DNA of 64,000 nt from an uncultured Methylomirabilota bacterium (GTDB lineage: Bacteria; Methylomirabilota; Methylomirabilia; Methylomirabilales; 2-02-FULL-66-22). Below the pieces are notes generated by a model. The model ran no database searches. It was not told where the DNA came from and was given only the letters and a program-made list of their open reading frames with translations. Made by a program: the position numbers and the translations under genes. Shown here one piece after another: positions 9,518-19,114 of the stretch (position 1 is its first letter; every line of letters begins with the position of its first letter). Location of the stretch: the NCBI GenBank assembly GCA_963705305.1, contig OY970067.1:1600001-1664000 (forward strand), in the 5' to 3' direction.

Positions 9518-10459
9518 ATGAACATCATTGAGACCCAAGATCTGACGAGGGTATTTCCGGGGAGGACCGCCGTCGCCCATCTCAATCTGGCGGTTCAGGT
9601 GGGGGAGATCTACGGCTTCCTCGGGCCGAACGGGGCGGGCAAGACGACCACGATCCGCATGCTCGCGGGCCTGCTCCCCCCTTCCCGGGGCAAGGTGCGG
9701 GTGGCGGGGCACGACCTCCAGACCGATCGGGACGGGGCGCGGGCCAGCATCGGCCTCCTGCCGGAATCGGTCGGCTACTACGGATGGATGACGCCGGTGG
9801 AGTACCTGCAATTCTTTGCGGACCTCTACGGCGTCCGGCCGAAGGGGGGTCGCGACCGCATCGGCAGTCTGCTCGGGCAGGTAGGGCTCTCCGACCGGCA
9901 GCAAAGCCGGATCACTACCCTCTCACGCGGCATGCGGGCCCGCCTGGGGATCGCCCGGTCGCTGGTCCACCGGCCGCGTGTCCTCTTCCTGGACGAGCCG
10001 ATCCTGGGCTTAGACCCGCTGGGCCAGCGGGACATTCTGGAGCTCATCCAGCACGTCAATCGCGAGGAGGGCGTGACCGTCTTTCTCTCCAGCCATGCCC
10101 TCGACCAGGTCGGGCAGTTGTGCGCCCGGGTGGGCATCCTGAACGAGGGGCGTCTGGTGGCGCAGGGGACCCCCTCCGAGCTGCGTCGTCAGATCGAGAT
10201 GCCATCGTCCCTGCACCTGACCGTGACGCAGGCTGACCTGGCGTGGGAGATCGCCATGGGGCTGAAGCTGTATGCCGAGGCGAGAGTCCTGGACCCGGAA
10301 CACCTGGTCGTGACCCCCAGAGGCACCAGCCCGCAGACGGAAGTCCTGGTGCAGGCCCTGGTGAAGGCCGGCGTGGCCGTCCGCGAGGCGCTGACCCGGG
10401 GGCCCAGCCTCGAGGAGCTGTTCTTTGCGCTGATCCAGCGGGAAAGGACCGGAGCATGA
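9518..10459 (+). CDS. ABC-2-type exporter ATP-binding subunit
   Basis: GPNGAGKTT, LSRGM, LFLDEP, SSH. Confidence 0.93.
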   Translation: MNIIETQDLTRVFPGRTAVAHLNLAVQVGEIYGFLGPNGAGKTTTIRMLAGLLPPSRGKVRVAGHDLQTDRDGARASIGLLPESVGYYGWMTPVEYLQFFADLYGVRPKGGRDRIGSLLGQVGLSDRQQSRITTLSRGMRARLGIARSLVHRPRVLFLDEPILGLDPLGQRDILELIQHVNREEGVTVFLSSHALDQVGQLCARVGILNEGRLVAQGTPSELRRQIEMPSSLHLTVTQADLAWEIAMGLKLYAEARVLDPEHLVVTPRGTSPQTEVLVQALVKAGVAVREALTRGPSLEELFFALIQRERTGA

Positions 10460-11208
10460 AGACCCGGACACTGGGCCTGCGGGCCCTCCGCGAGCTGGCC
10501 TTCACCCCCAAGGGACTGGGCTGGCTCCCGGCCTTCAGCATCCTGCTGAGCCTGCTGGTGTACCTCTTTCTCACCAACGTGGACCTCAGCCTGATGGATC
10601 AGAAGACCATGATGTTCATGACCAGCCAGGCGGTCCTCCTGCTGGGGGTCCTGGCGGTCACCGTGACCGGAGCGGAAGCGGTGGCGGGCGAGCGGGAGCG
10701 CGGCACGCTGGAAGCGATCCTGGCGGCGCCCGCCTCGCCCGGCCAGCTCCTGGGCGGCTACCTTGGGGGAGTGCTGGCTCCCTGGGCGGCGATGGCCGTC
10801 ATCGCGCTGCCCTACCTAGCCGTCGTCTCCGCCGGGAGCGGGGGCTTCCTGCCGGCGGCTGTCTACCTGCTGGGGACGGGGAGCCTGCTGGCGCTGGGGG
10901 TAGGCGGGTGGACCGTCGGGCTATCGGCCCAGGCCGACTCGCTACGGAACGGCATCCTGCTGGCTCTGGTGGTGTACGCCGGCCTGGCCATCCCCGCCGT
11001 GCTCAGCTCGGCTCTCCGGGCCAATTGGGCGGGACGCGCCTACGATTTCGTGAATCCGTTCGCCAATGCGATGAACACCCTCGACAGTGTGATCATCGAC
11101 GAGCAGGGGCTGGGGTTCCAGCTGGTCCGGCTTCTGGTGTTGGCTGCCTTCGCCGGCGCTGGCCTGCTGTACGGGCGTCGCCAGATCTCCAGACTGTCGC
11201 TGAGCTAG
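10456..11208 (+). CDS. ABC-2-type exporter permease
   Basis: About 6 TM; AVAGERERGTLEAILAAP; ATGA overlap with the ATPase. Confidence 0.88.
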   Translation: MKTRTLGLRALRELAFTPKGLGWLPAFSILLSLLVYLFLTNVDLSLMDQKTMMFMTSQAVLLLGVLAVTVTGAEAVAGERERGTLEAILAAPASPGQLLGGYLGGVLAPWAAMAVIALPYLAVVSAGSGGFLPAAVYLLGTGSLLALGVGGWTVGLSAQADSLRNGILLALVVYAGLAIPAVLSSALRANWAGRAYDFVNPFANAMNTLDSVIIDEQGLGFQLVRLLVLAAFAGAGLLYGRRQISRLSLS

Positions 11209-11221
11209 GGAAGGCAGGACC

Positions 11222-11785
11222 ATGCACGCTTCAACGAGAACACAGGAGCGGCATCTGATCGGGTGGGTTCTGGGGCTGGCGTTGGCCTTCGGGCTGGTCT
11301 CGTCCAGCTTGGCCGGGGAGCCGGCGCCTCTCCAGGTCCAGCTCACCGCCACCGGCGGAGCACGCCTCGTCGGGGACCACGCGAGGGTCGTCGCAACCGT
11401 GGCGAACACGGGCAGCCGGCCCCTCCGCGATGTGGTCCTGATGCTCTCGCTGCTGGATGTCAGCGGCTCGCCAGCGGTCCCGCTGGGGGTCGAGGACTGG
11501 ACGCCCACCCCCGAGGCCGTCCATGCGGCCAGCCTGGCGCCGGGGGCGCACCTCACGGGGACCTGGCGCCTGAGGATGATCCAGGCCGGCCGCCTGGCGA
11601 TCTTCACCACCGCGGTCGCCGGCAGCAGCCATTCCGTGGCGAACAGCCGACCGGTGATCTTGGAGATTGGCCCAACACATAATCTGACGCCTGGGACGGT
11701 GCTCCCGGTTGCGTTCGGTGTGCCGCTCGTCATGCTAGCGGGCGGTGGGGCCCTTCTCTGGCGCCGCCGGGCCACCGGACGCTGA
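11222..11785 (+). CDS. Exported beta-rich (CARDB/Ig-like) protein with C-terminal membrane anchor, paralog 1
   Basis: Signal peptide; VVATVANTGS; C-terminal TM followed by WRRR. Confidence 0.7.
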   Translation: MHASTRTQERHLIGWVLGLALAFGLVSSSLAGEPAPLQVQLTATGGARLVGDHARVVATVANTGSRPLRDVVLMLSLLDVSGSPAVPLGVEDWTPTPEAVHAASLAPGAHLTGTWRLRMIQAGRLAIFTTAVAGSSHSVANSRPVILEIGPTHNLTPGTVLPVAFGVPLVMLAGGGALLWRRRATGR

Positions 11786-11819
11786 GGCGCGGGTAAGCAT
11801 CGTGAAGGAGTAGTTGCCG

Positions 11820-12401
11820 ATGTCTCGTACCATTCTGGCCATGATCGCCTCACTGGGTCTCTGTGTTGCACCTCTCGTGGCAAAGGGTGCGGTCGCTGCC
11901 GGCACGGGTCCGACAGAAGGAGCAGGAGGACTGCGGGTGACGGTGACAGTCGTCATCGGACCCACCGTCAAGACAGGGGATCGCGTGACGGTCACGGCGA
12001 CGGTGACGAATGCGACACCTCAACCGGTGAACGGCATCACGCTGCTCCTGGGCCTGGTGGACCTGACGCCGGGGCAGCCCGTGCCCCTGGGCCTGGAGAC
12101 CTGGACCATGGATCCCGAATCCGTGGCGCTGTCCCCCCTTACGGCCGGCACCTCGGAGTCCGCCACCTGGCACCTGGTGATGATCCAGCCCGGTCCTCTG
12201 GGGATCTACGCGTCCGCCATGGCCGGCCCTGATGGGCCTATCGTGAGCAGCCCGGTCTCTGTACTGCCGGTCCGGGACGTGCGGCCCCTGAATCCCTGGA
12301 ACGTCCTTCCCGTGGCGGTCGGCGAGCCGATAGTCCTCCTAGCTCTCGTGTTTAGCGGAAGACTCCGTCGGAATGGTCGGACTTGCCAGGGCGTTGATTG
12401 A
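11820..12401 (+). CDS. Exported beta-rich (CARDB/Ig-like) protein with C-terminal anchor, paralog 2
   Basis: Shares VPLG(V/L)ExWT, WxLxMIQxG and VLPVAxGxP with 11222..11785; AGGAG RBS. Confidence 0.7.
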   Translation: MSRTILAMIASLGLCVAPLVAKGAVAAGTGPTEGAGGLRVTVTVVIGPTVKTGDRVTVTATVTNATPQPVNGITLLLGLVDLTPGQPVPLGLETWTMDPESVALSPLTAGTSESATWHLVMIQPGPLGIYASAMAGPDGPIVSSPVSVLPVRDVRPLNPWNVLPVAVGEPIVLLALVFSGRLRRNGRTCQGVD

Positions 12402-12486
12402 TTGGTCCGACCCCGGTCGTCGAAGGCTCGATGCCTCACGTGCCGCCTACCATGTTTTTGCCACCTCCCGAACTTCTCTTCCAACC

Positions 12487-12539
12487 TTACATGGATGTAA
12501 TTTTCCGGCAATGCTCCTGCAAGTCTCCGTGCCTAATGT
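12487..12539 (+). promoter_or_regulatory. Shared 53-bp promoter motif, copy 3 (upstream of the asnB-like gene)
   Basis: TTACA-tgga-TGTAAT-tttccgg-CAATG-ctcc-TGCAAG-N10-TAATGT. Confidence 0.7.
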
Positions 12540-12779
12540 GGGGCGGCCCAGAGAGAGATCGTGATTCGACCGGCCGACTCCTGACAGCGAAAGTCCCGCG
12601 GGGGGCAGGAGATCAGCCCTAGGCGGAGAGTCTTGCACGCCTGCCACGAATCTGCCGATCGCAACATCCGACTGCCCTGTTGGCTCCTGGGTAGGCCAAA
12701 ACAAGCACGGTTCCCCGCGCCTGGCCACCGGGCGCAAGGACGAATGTATTGATGAATCCTTGACGCGTGGACGGGTACA

Positions 12780-14678
12780 ATGTGCGGAATTTGCGGCGTT
12801 GCATTCCTTGATCAAGGTCCGCGAGTTGATGAGAAACTTCTGGAGGCCATGCGGGATACGCTGACGCCGCGGGGGCCCGATGAGGCCGGGCTATACCTTG
12901 ATGGAAACGTCGGTCTTGCCTCCAGGCGTCTCAGCATCATCGATCTGGCCGAGGGCCATCAACCCATGGCCAACGAGGATGGATCCGTCTGGATCGTATT
13001 TAACGGGGAGATCTACAACTTCAAGGAGGTGCGGGACTTCCTCCAAACCCGGGAGCACAAGTTCAGGACGAACAGCGATACCGAGGTCATTCTTCATGCA
13101 TACGAAGAGGAGGGCCCCGACTGCCTCAAACGTCTTAATGGAATGTTTGCGTTTGCGCTCTATGATAAGAACGCCCGACGGCTCTTCGTAGCGCGCGACC
13201 GGATCGGCGTGAAGCCGCTGCACTACCTCTGGGACGGCCAGCGATTCATGTTTGCGTCCGAGATAAAAGCGTTGCTGCGGGACCCCAGTGTTTCCAGGGA
13301 ACTGGATCTCCTCTCCCTGAGCAAATACCTCACCTACGAGTATGTCCCGGCCCCCCATTCGATATTTCGAGCCATTCAGAAGATCGAACCCGGCCATTGG
13401 CTCTTGCTCGACATTGCCCAGGGCAGCCTGACGAAAAGCAGGTACTGGGACATCCCACTCCTGGACGACAATCTCGGATACAAGCGGGAGGAGGACTACG
13501 CCGAAGAATTGCTGTACAGGCTGGAAGAGTCGGTCCGGCTCCGGCTCGTGAGCGACGTCCCGATCGGGATTTTCTTGAGCGGCGGGATTGACTCCAGCAC
13601 GGTTGCAGCCCTTGCCAACAAGCATCACGGTTCGCCCATTACTGCCTTCACCGTTGCGTTCGATGACAAGTCATTTGACGAGTCGGCATATGCAACCCTC
13701 GTGGGACGCACCCTCGGCGTGGACCATCGCGTTGAGACATTCAGCCCCCGAAGAATGTGCGAGATCCTTCCGCGCGTTGTTGAGTGCATGGACGAACCAC
13801 TCGGAGACGCGTCGATTCTGCCGACCTACCTGCTCTCGGAGTTTGCCGCCCGTCACGTGAAGGTGGTGATGGGCGGCGATGGAGGCGACGAACTATTCGC
13901 AGGCTACCAAACTTTCCAGGCCCTAAAGCTCATTCGGTATTACGACATCCTTCCCCACGAGGTCCGCGCCTGCCTCCTCAGGATTGCGCAGGCAATGCCG
14001 GTGTCGCACCGGAATTTCTCCTTTGACTTCAAGATCAAACAGCTCCTGCGCGGGGCAGGTGTGTCCCGCGAGATAATGTTCTTCCTCTGGATGGGCTCCT
14101 TCAATGAGCGCGAGAAGCGCGACCTACTGAGCCAGGAGATCTGGGAACAGGTCAAGACTCGGAACACCTTCGAAGACCTCTTCGATTACATCAAGGCAAG
14201 CAATCTCAAGAACGAGATGGAGCGGGCCTTGTATCTTATCATGAAGCTCTACCTCCAAGATGACGTCCTAGTGAAGGTCGACCGAGCAAGCATGGCCAAT
14301 TCGCTTGAGGTGCGCGCCCCTTTCCTGGACTATACCTTCGTGGAGTTCGCAGCCCAGCTGCCTACCCTCCTGAAGCTGCGGGGGTTGACGACAAAGTATT
14401 TGTTGAAGAAAGCTGCAAGGACGGTCCTCCCCCGAGAGATCACCCACCGACGCAAGAAGGGGTTCGGGGTCCCGGTGGGGAGGTGGATTCTTGGAGACCT
14501 TCGCGAGATGTTTCAAGAGTACCTGGGGGAGGCGCGCCTCCGTCGCGAGGGCATCTTCAATCCGGCATTTGTGAGGCGGCTGCTGGATGATCACCTGGCG
14601 CGGCGTCGCGATAATCGAAAGCTGTTGTGGACCCTGATGACGTTTCAGCTGTGGCAGGGGAAATGGCTGTCTTTTTGA
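12780..14678 (+). CDS. asnB: Glutamine-hydrolysing asparagine synthase-like amidotransferase
   Basis: MCGICG, RGPD, RRLSIID, FNGEIYN, FLSGGIDSS, GDGGDELFAGY, SLEVRAPFLD, RRKKGF. Confidence 0.93.
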   Translation: MCGICGVAFLDQGPRVDEKLLEAMRDTLTPRGPDEAGLYLDGNVGLASRRLSIIDLAEGHQPMANEDGSVWIVFNGEIYNFKEVRDFLQTREHKFRTNSDTEVILHAYEEEGPDCLKRLNGMFAFALYDKNARRLFVARDRIGVKPLHYLWDGQRFMFASEIKALLRDPSVSRELDLLSLSKYLTYEYVPAPHSIFRAIQKIEPGHWLLLDIAQGSLTKSRYWDIPLLDDNLGYKREEDYAEELLYRLEESVRLRLVSDVPIGIFLSGGIDSSTVAALANKHHGSPITAFTVAFDDKSFDESAYATLVGRTLGVDHRVETFSPRRMCEILPRVVECMDEPLGDASILPTYLLSEFAARHVKVVMGGDGGDELFAGYQTFQALKLIRYYDILPHEVRACLLRIAQAMPVSHRNFSFDFKIKQLLRGAGVSREIMFFLWMGSFNEREKRDLLSQEIWEQVKTRNTFEDLFDYIKASNLKNEMERALYLIMKLYLQDDVLVKVDRASMANSLEVRAPFLDYTFVEFAAQLPTLLKLRGLTTKYLLKKAARTVLPREITHRRKKGFGVPVGRWILGDLREMFQEYLGEARLRREGIFNPAFVRRLLDDHLARRRDNRKLLWTLMTFQLWQGKWLSF

Positions 14679-14818
14679 TGCGCGACGGTCGGCACCGGGA
14701 TGCAGCATCAGCAGCACCGCCATTTTTCACTGAATCCCTCGTCGCTTGGGTGGGGAGAACCATCCTATGACCGCTCCAGTTCCGGAAGCTGACGTTCGAG
14801 CAGGCAGGCCGGAGCGTC

Positions 14819-16306
14819 GTGCGGCCGGCGGTCGTGGCCTTGGTCGGGCTGGCAGCCCTGACCGCGTTTCGGCTGTGGTATGCGACGCGGGTGGAGCTGG
14901 TGCCCGACGAGGCGTACTTCTGGCTGTGGTCCAAACATCTGGCGGCTTCGTACCGGGACAAGGGCCCCGGCGTCGCCTGGGCGATCGCACTCGGCACCCG
15001 AGTGTTCGGCGACACTGTGCTCGGTATTCGCGCCCCGGCAGTATTGCTGAGCTTCGCAACCGGGTGGCAACTGTTCGTGCTGACACGCCGGCTCTACGAC
15101 GATCGGACGGCCCTGTGGTGCCTGGGGGTGGCTGCGGTGATGCCGGTGCTTGCCGTGGGGTCTATCCTGATGGTGCCTGATGCCCTAAGCGTGTTCTTTT
15201 GGGCTTGGGCGATCAACGTGCTTTGGACCGCGCTCGAAAGCGAACAGCTTCGTCATTGGATCGCGCTGGGGGTAATTATCGGATGCGGATTTCTCGGGAA
15301 GTTCACCAACGGGGTCCAGTTGATCTGTATCGCATGGTTTCTCTGCTGGTCGAGGCCGTACCGGCGTTTCCTGTTCAGCCGGCAGAGTCTCGCGTTGGTT
15401 GCTGCATTCGTCATCACCATCTTGCCTCTCATCTACTGGAATGCCGAGGTGGGATGGGTTCATATCGCCGCGCTGCACTCTCGGAGCGGGGTGCAGGACT
15501 CCTTTGGAGTCCATCCGGACGAGCTGTTCCGTTTCCTGGGGGAACAGGCAGGCGTGGTCTCGCCATTGCTGATGATCGGCATGGTCGTGGCGGTGGTGGG
15601 CCTGTGGCGAGTCCGGGCTCACGAGACGCGGGTGCGTTTGCTCCTCAGCCAGTTCGTTCCCGTCCAGGCCCTGTTCATCTTCTTCAGTCTGAACAAGGCG
15701 GGGAAGAGCAACTGGGTTGCTCCCGCGCTGATCACCGGCGTCATCCTGCTCGTGGTGTTTTGGCGAGAGGTCGTCGCCCGAAGAGTTCGATGGCGGTGGG
15801 CGGTGGGCGCCGTCCTTGCCCTTGCTCTTCTGCAAACCACCCTCCTCCACGACACGGCGATCCTGCACCTGCCACGGAGGTTGGATCCCATGCTTCGCGC
15901 TCAGGGGTGGCCGGATTTTGCTGCTCATGTGGAGCGGGCGCGCCTGCGATACGATGCAACTCTCCTGATCGGCAATCATTACTCGCAGGCCAGCATGATG
16001 CAGTTCTATCTGCCGGACCGGCCTCCCACGTACCTACCTCCCGAACCCTACGGGAGCACGCAGTTTACCCTCTGGCCCGGCTACCGGGTCACAGCGGGAA
16101 CGCGCGCCTTGTACGTCACGGACTCGCTGAAGTGCCCGCCGCATGCCCTCCTCGACCAGTTCAGCGAGTGCTCGCTGGTGGATGATTTCTGGTCGCTGGA
16201 TGCTGGCCGACCGAGGAATCGATTCCGCATCTTCCTGCTCGAGCGGACCGAGGCTCGTGCGAGCCCGCACGATTGTCCGGTGCGTGCTGCATCCACCCAC
16301 GGCTGA
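14819..16306 (+). CDS. ArnT/PMT-like (GT-C fold) lipid-linked glycosyltransferase
   Basis: PDEAYFWLWS, YRDKGPG, multi-TM, GFLGKF; start uncertain. Confidence 0.82.
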   Translation: MRPAVVALVGLAALTAFRLWYATRVELVPDEAYFWLWSKHLAASYRDKGPGVAWAIALGTRVFGDTVLGIRAPAVLLSFATGWQLFVLTRRLYDDRTALWCLGVAAVMPVLAVGSILMVPDALSVFFWAWAINVLWTALESEQLRHWIALGVIIGCGFLGKFTNGVQLICIAWFLCWSRPYRRFLFSRQSLALVAAFVITILPLIYWNAEVGWVHIAALHSRSGVQDSFGVHPDELFRFLGEQAGVVSPLLMIGMVVAVVGLWRVRAHETRVRLLLSQFVPVQALFIFFSLNKAGKSNWVAPALITGVILLVVFWREVVARRVRWRWAVGAVLALALLQTTLLHDTAILHLPRRLDPMLRAQGWPDFAAHVERARLRYDATLLIGNHYSQASMMQFYLPDRPPTYLPPEPYGSTQFTLWPGYRVTAGTRALYVTDSLKCPPHALLDQFSECSLVDDFWSLDAGRPRNRFRIFLLERTEARASPHDCPVRAASTHG

Positions 16307-16435
16307 ATTCCTGGCTTCGTCCTGCGCAAGGGCAACGGCTGTTCGTTCGAGTCGCCCGTGTTTCCCCGACCACTCATGGCGGTTTGAACTTGGGATATTC
16401 GCAGGCGATGCAGCGATCTGGCGGACGAGAGGCAC

Positions 16436-17605
16436 TCAGCCGCGCTCTCCTAAGACGGGAGCACGGCGCGGCGCCGGTATAAGCGCTTGGCGAAGCGTGC
16501 CGGGGAAGAGGTTCGCTTGAACGAACAGGAGGCCTCCTCCCAGGGCAATCAAGAGGTCGGGCAGCCACATGGCGAGCACCTCGGGCACCAATCCGGCATT
16601 CGCCATGGCCTCTCCGGCGACGAGAAGCACGTAGTAGCCTACGGTGAAGGCCACCGAGATCGCCAGGCTGAGCCCTCGGCCTCCCTTCCGGAACCGGCTG
16701 CCCAGGGGGAGGCCCAACAGAGGAAAGAGCATGCAGGAGACGGGAATGGCGAGCTTCTTGTGAAACTCCACCATGGGGGGATGGTAATTTTGCCCGTGCG
16801 CCCGCAGCGTCGCGGCGCGTTTCCACAGCTCGGTCAGCGTCAGTTCCTGATCGCCCATGGGGCGCTCCATGGGACTGGCCAGGTTTCGGTTCATGTCCAG
16901 CGTCAGCGTGTAATTCGAAAAAGTGAGCAAGCGGTAGCCGCCGGAGGGCTCGGAGGCGGACAGGTGGATGGTCCCCTGGTTCAGGCTGAGTGTCATGGTC
17001 AGGTTCTTCCGGTCCGAGGTGAACCGACCGTCTCGGGCGACAATGACTTTGGGCTCCGCGGGATTGCGGGTATCCACGAGGAAGATGCCCTGCATCTGGG
17101 AGGTTTTTGGGTCCGCGTGCTCCACGTACAGGATGAGACCCTCGAAGTTGCTGTTGAAGACGCCGTCCTGAATCCCTACGGCCACCTGCCGCTGCGCCAT
17201 CTGGAATACCAGATTCTTGAAGGCGTTGTTACTGAAGGGCAGGATCCAGATGGTGATGAGGAGGGTCAGAACACATGTGAACAGGCCGAACCAGGCGGCC
17301 GGCCGGGTGAGGCGAATGAGGCTCAGGCCGGCGCCGCGCAGGACCAAAAGCTCCCCGTCGGCGCCGAGGCGCATGAACGTCGCAAGCGTGGCGAGGAGGA
17401 CCGACATAGGGATGGTCACCACCAGCGAGTAGGGCAGGATGTACAGGAAGAGCCGGAGGACCGTCCAGATCCCGACGCCCTTGTTGACGATCAACTCGAC
17501 CAGGCGAAGGATGTTATTCGTCAGAAGGACGAAGGTGAAAATCATGAGGCCGAGGCCGAAGGCCGTCCCCATCTCTTTCAGCATGGCGCGATCCACGAGC
17601 GTCAT
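16436..17605 (-). CDS. lptF: LPS export ABC permease, LptF/LptG family
   Basis: LVDRAMLKE, RLGADGELLVLRGAGLS, EFHKKLAIP, AMWLPD; no lptG/lptB adjacent. Confidence 0.85.
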   Translation of the reverse strand: MTLVDRAMLKEMGTAFGLGLMIFTFVLLTNNILRLVELIVNKGVGIWTVLRLFLYILPYSLVVTIPMSVLLATLATFMRLGADGELLVLRGAGLSLIRLTRPAAWFGLFTCVLTLLITIWILPFSNNAFKNLVFQMAQRQVAVGIQDGVFNSNFEGLILYVEHADPKTSQMQGIFLVDTRNPAEPKVIVARDGRFTSDRKNLTMTLSLNQGTIHLSASEPSGGYRLLTFSNYTLTLDMNRNLASPMERPMGDQELTLTELWKRAATLRAHGQNYHPPMVEFHKKLAIPVSCMLFPLLGLPLGSRFRKGGRGLSLAISVAFTVGYYVLLVAGEAMANAGLVPEVLAMWLPDLLIALGGGLLFVQANLFPGTLRQALIPAPRRAPVLGERG

Positions 17606-17686
17606 GTCGATTCCCCATGCTCAGGCCGAAGGTGCGTGGAGATTCTATTTATGAAATTGGGGGCGGGCCAACAGTTTCTTGACGTA

Positions 17687-17739
17687 TTTCTTTGATGTAA
17701 TGTTGCAGTAATGTTCCTGCAAGGTTTCGTGCTCCCGGT
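17687..17739 (+). promoter_or_regulatory. Degenerate copy 4 of the shared motif, divergent from lptF
   Basis: TTTCT-ttga-TGTAAT-gttgcag-TAATG-ttcc-TGCAAG; no -10-like hexamer at the conserved position. Confidence 0.55.
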
Positions 17740-18018
17740 GAGGTGGTTCATTTGTGAGGAACGCGGCGGTGGAGCGACCGACCGGAGGCTAGCCGGACCA
17801 GACTTGGCGCCCGGTCACTGTTATGCCTGCCGGCACATGGAGATCTTTGAGCGCACCTTCCTTTCTATCCAGCCGGATTCTATTTGGAAGACAGGAGATT
17901 CGCCCTTCATGGGGGAGCCAAGCGGGGCTCGAACTCGAGTGTCTGCGAGGGCGGGGAATCTCGGAGGAGGTTTTGCTGGTCAGGAGGTCCTGCATTTCCG
18001 GAGCAACGTATATATAAA

Positions 18019-18050
18019 TGGTGTCCCCAGCGGGATTCGAACCCGCGTTA
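18019..18050 (-). repeat. tRNA-Glu-like 3'-end fragment (att site), not an intact tRNA
   Basis: Minus strand TAACGCGGGTTCGAATCCCGCTGGGGACACCA = T-arm, acceptor strand and CCA; no D or anticodon arm upstream. Confidence 0.8.
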
Positions 18051-18218
18051 TGGTTACCCCTTCTCTGATCACCCGAACTCTTCATCAAAAGCTGTGGCGT
18101 GTCGATTCCTCCCAGGCTCCCCGGGCAGGATTCGAATCAGCCGGGGATTCGTTTCCCTTCTCAGAGACTTGGGGCGCTCCCAACACTCCTGGCAGATCGG
18201 CCAGGACCCTCCTTTAAT

Positions 18219-18884
18219 CTAGCTGTCGTTGTCTTTCTCGCTCCCACCCCCAAGCAAGTTGCCGAGCCCCTCAAGGATCGAGCCCGCCGCTCCCGTCCCT
18301 GCTCCCGACCCGGCGTCTTGGCCGCCACTTCTCCCACCGAGGAGGCCGCCGAGCAAGCCTCCGGTTGTGGAGGCCACCGTGTGAGCCGCTGTCCCGCTCT
18401 CCAGTATGGCTGGCGCCGCGCTTCGCGCAAGGTGCATCAGCGCGGGCGACTGGAGCCAGATGCGCCCGGGCCCAGTCAACGCGGCGAAGACGAGCCCTTG
18501 GCCGCCGAAAAGGGCGGACTTGATGCTGCCGACGTATTCGATGTCGTAGGACACGGTATTCTCGAAGGCCACGATCGCGCCTGTCTGCACCCGCAGCTTC
18601 TCGCCGGACTCGAGTCGGTGTTCGGAGACCGCCCCAGCGCCGGCCACGAAGACCAATCCCTCCCCCTGAAGGCGCAGCAGGATGAAGCCGGCGCCTCCCA
18701 GGAGACCGGCGCCCAGGTTCTTCTGAAAGGCAATCGTGATGTTCTCTCCCTTCCCTCCGGCCAGAAGGACTGGCTGGGGCTGCCTCTCTCGTCGCCCCCT
18801 GGTGGCCGTCAGTTTGGCGCGCGGGACCTGCCCCGCTGGCACGCGCTTAGAGGGGCCGGTGACTCGAAGAGCCAATTTTTCCAT
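18219..18884 (-). pseudogene. AIM24-family protein, C-terminal half only
   Basis: GLLGGAGFILLRLQGEGLVF, GAIVAFENTVSYDI, LFGGQGL..LTGPGRIWLQS; N-terminal part not recognisable. Confidence 0.6.
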
Positions 18885-19114
18885 GGGTTATGGCATCGGC
18901 CATCGGTGTCCCCCGTGGCACAGACGTTGCTTTCGAGTCTCACGGGTACGGCATGGGTGCCCTCGGCCTGCATGCCGGGGACAGACTTCCGGCCGGATCC
19001 CACGAGCAGGCAGCAAAAAAAGGGGGGCGTCGCATTAAACGTTTGTCCCGGACAGGGCTCTGATCAAGCAGAGCGAACATTGAGTGCCACACCCGCTCAG
19101 AGAGGAGACAAGCC

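Noticed and set aside
17837..17930. MEIFERTFLSIQPDSI resembling a nucleoside-diphosphate kinase N-terminus
   Set aside because: About 12 residues of similarity only; cannot be distinguished from chance.
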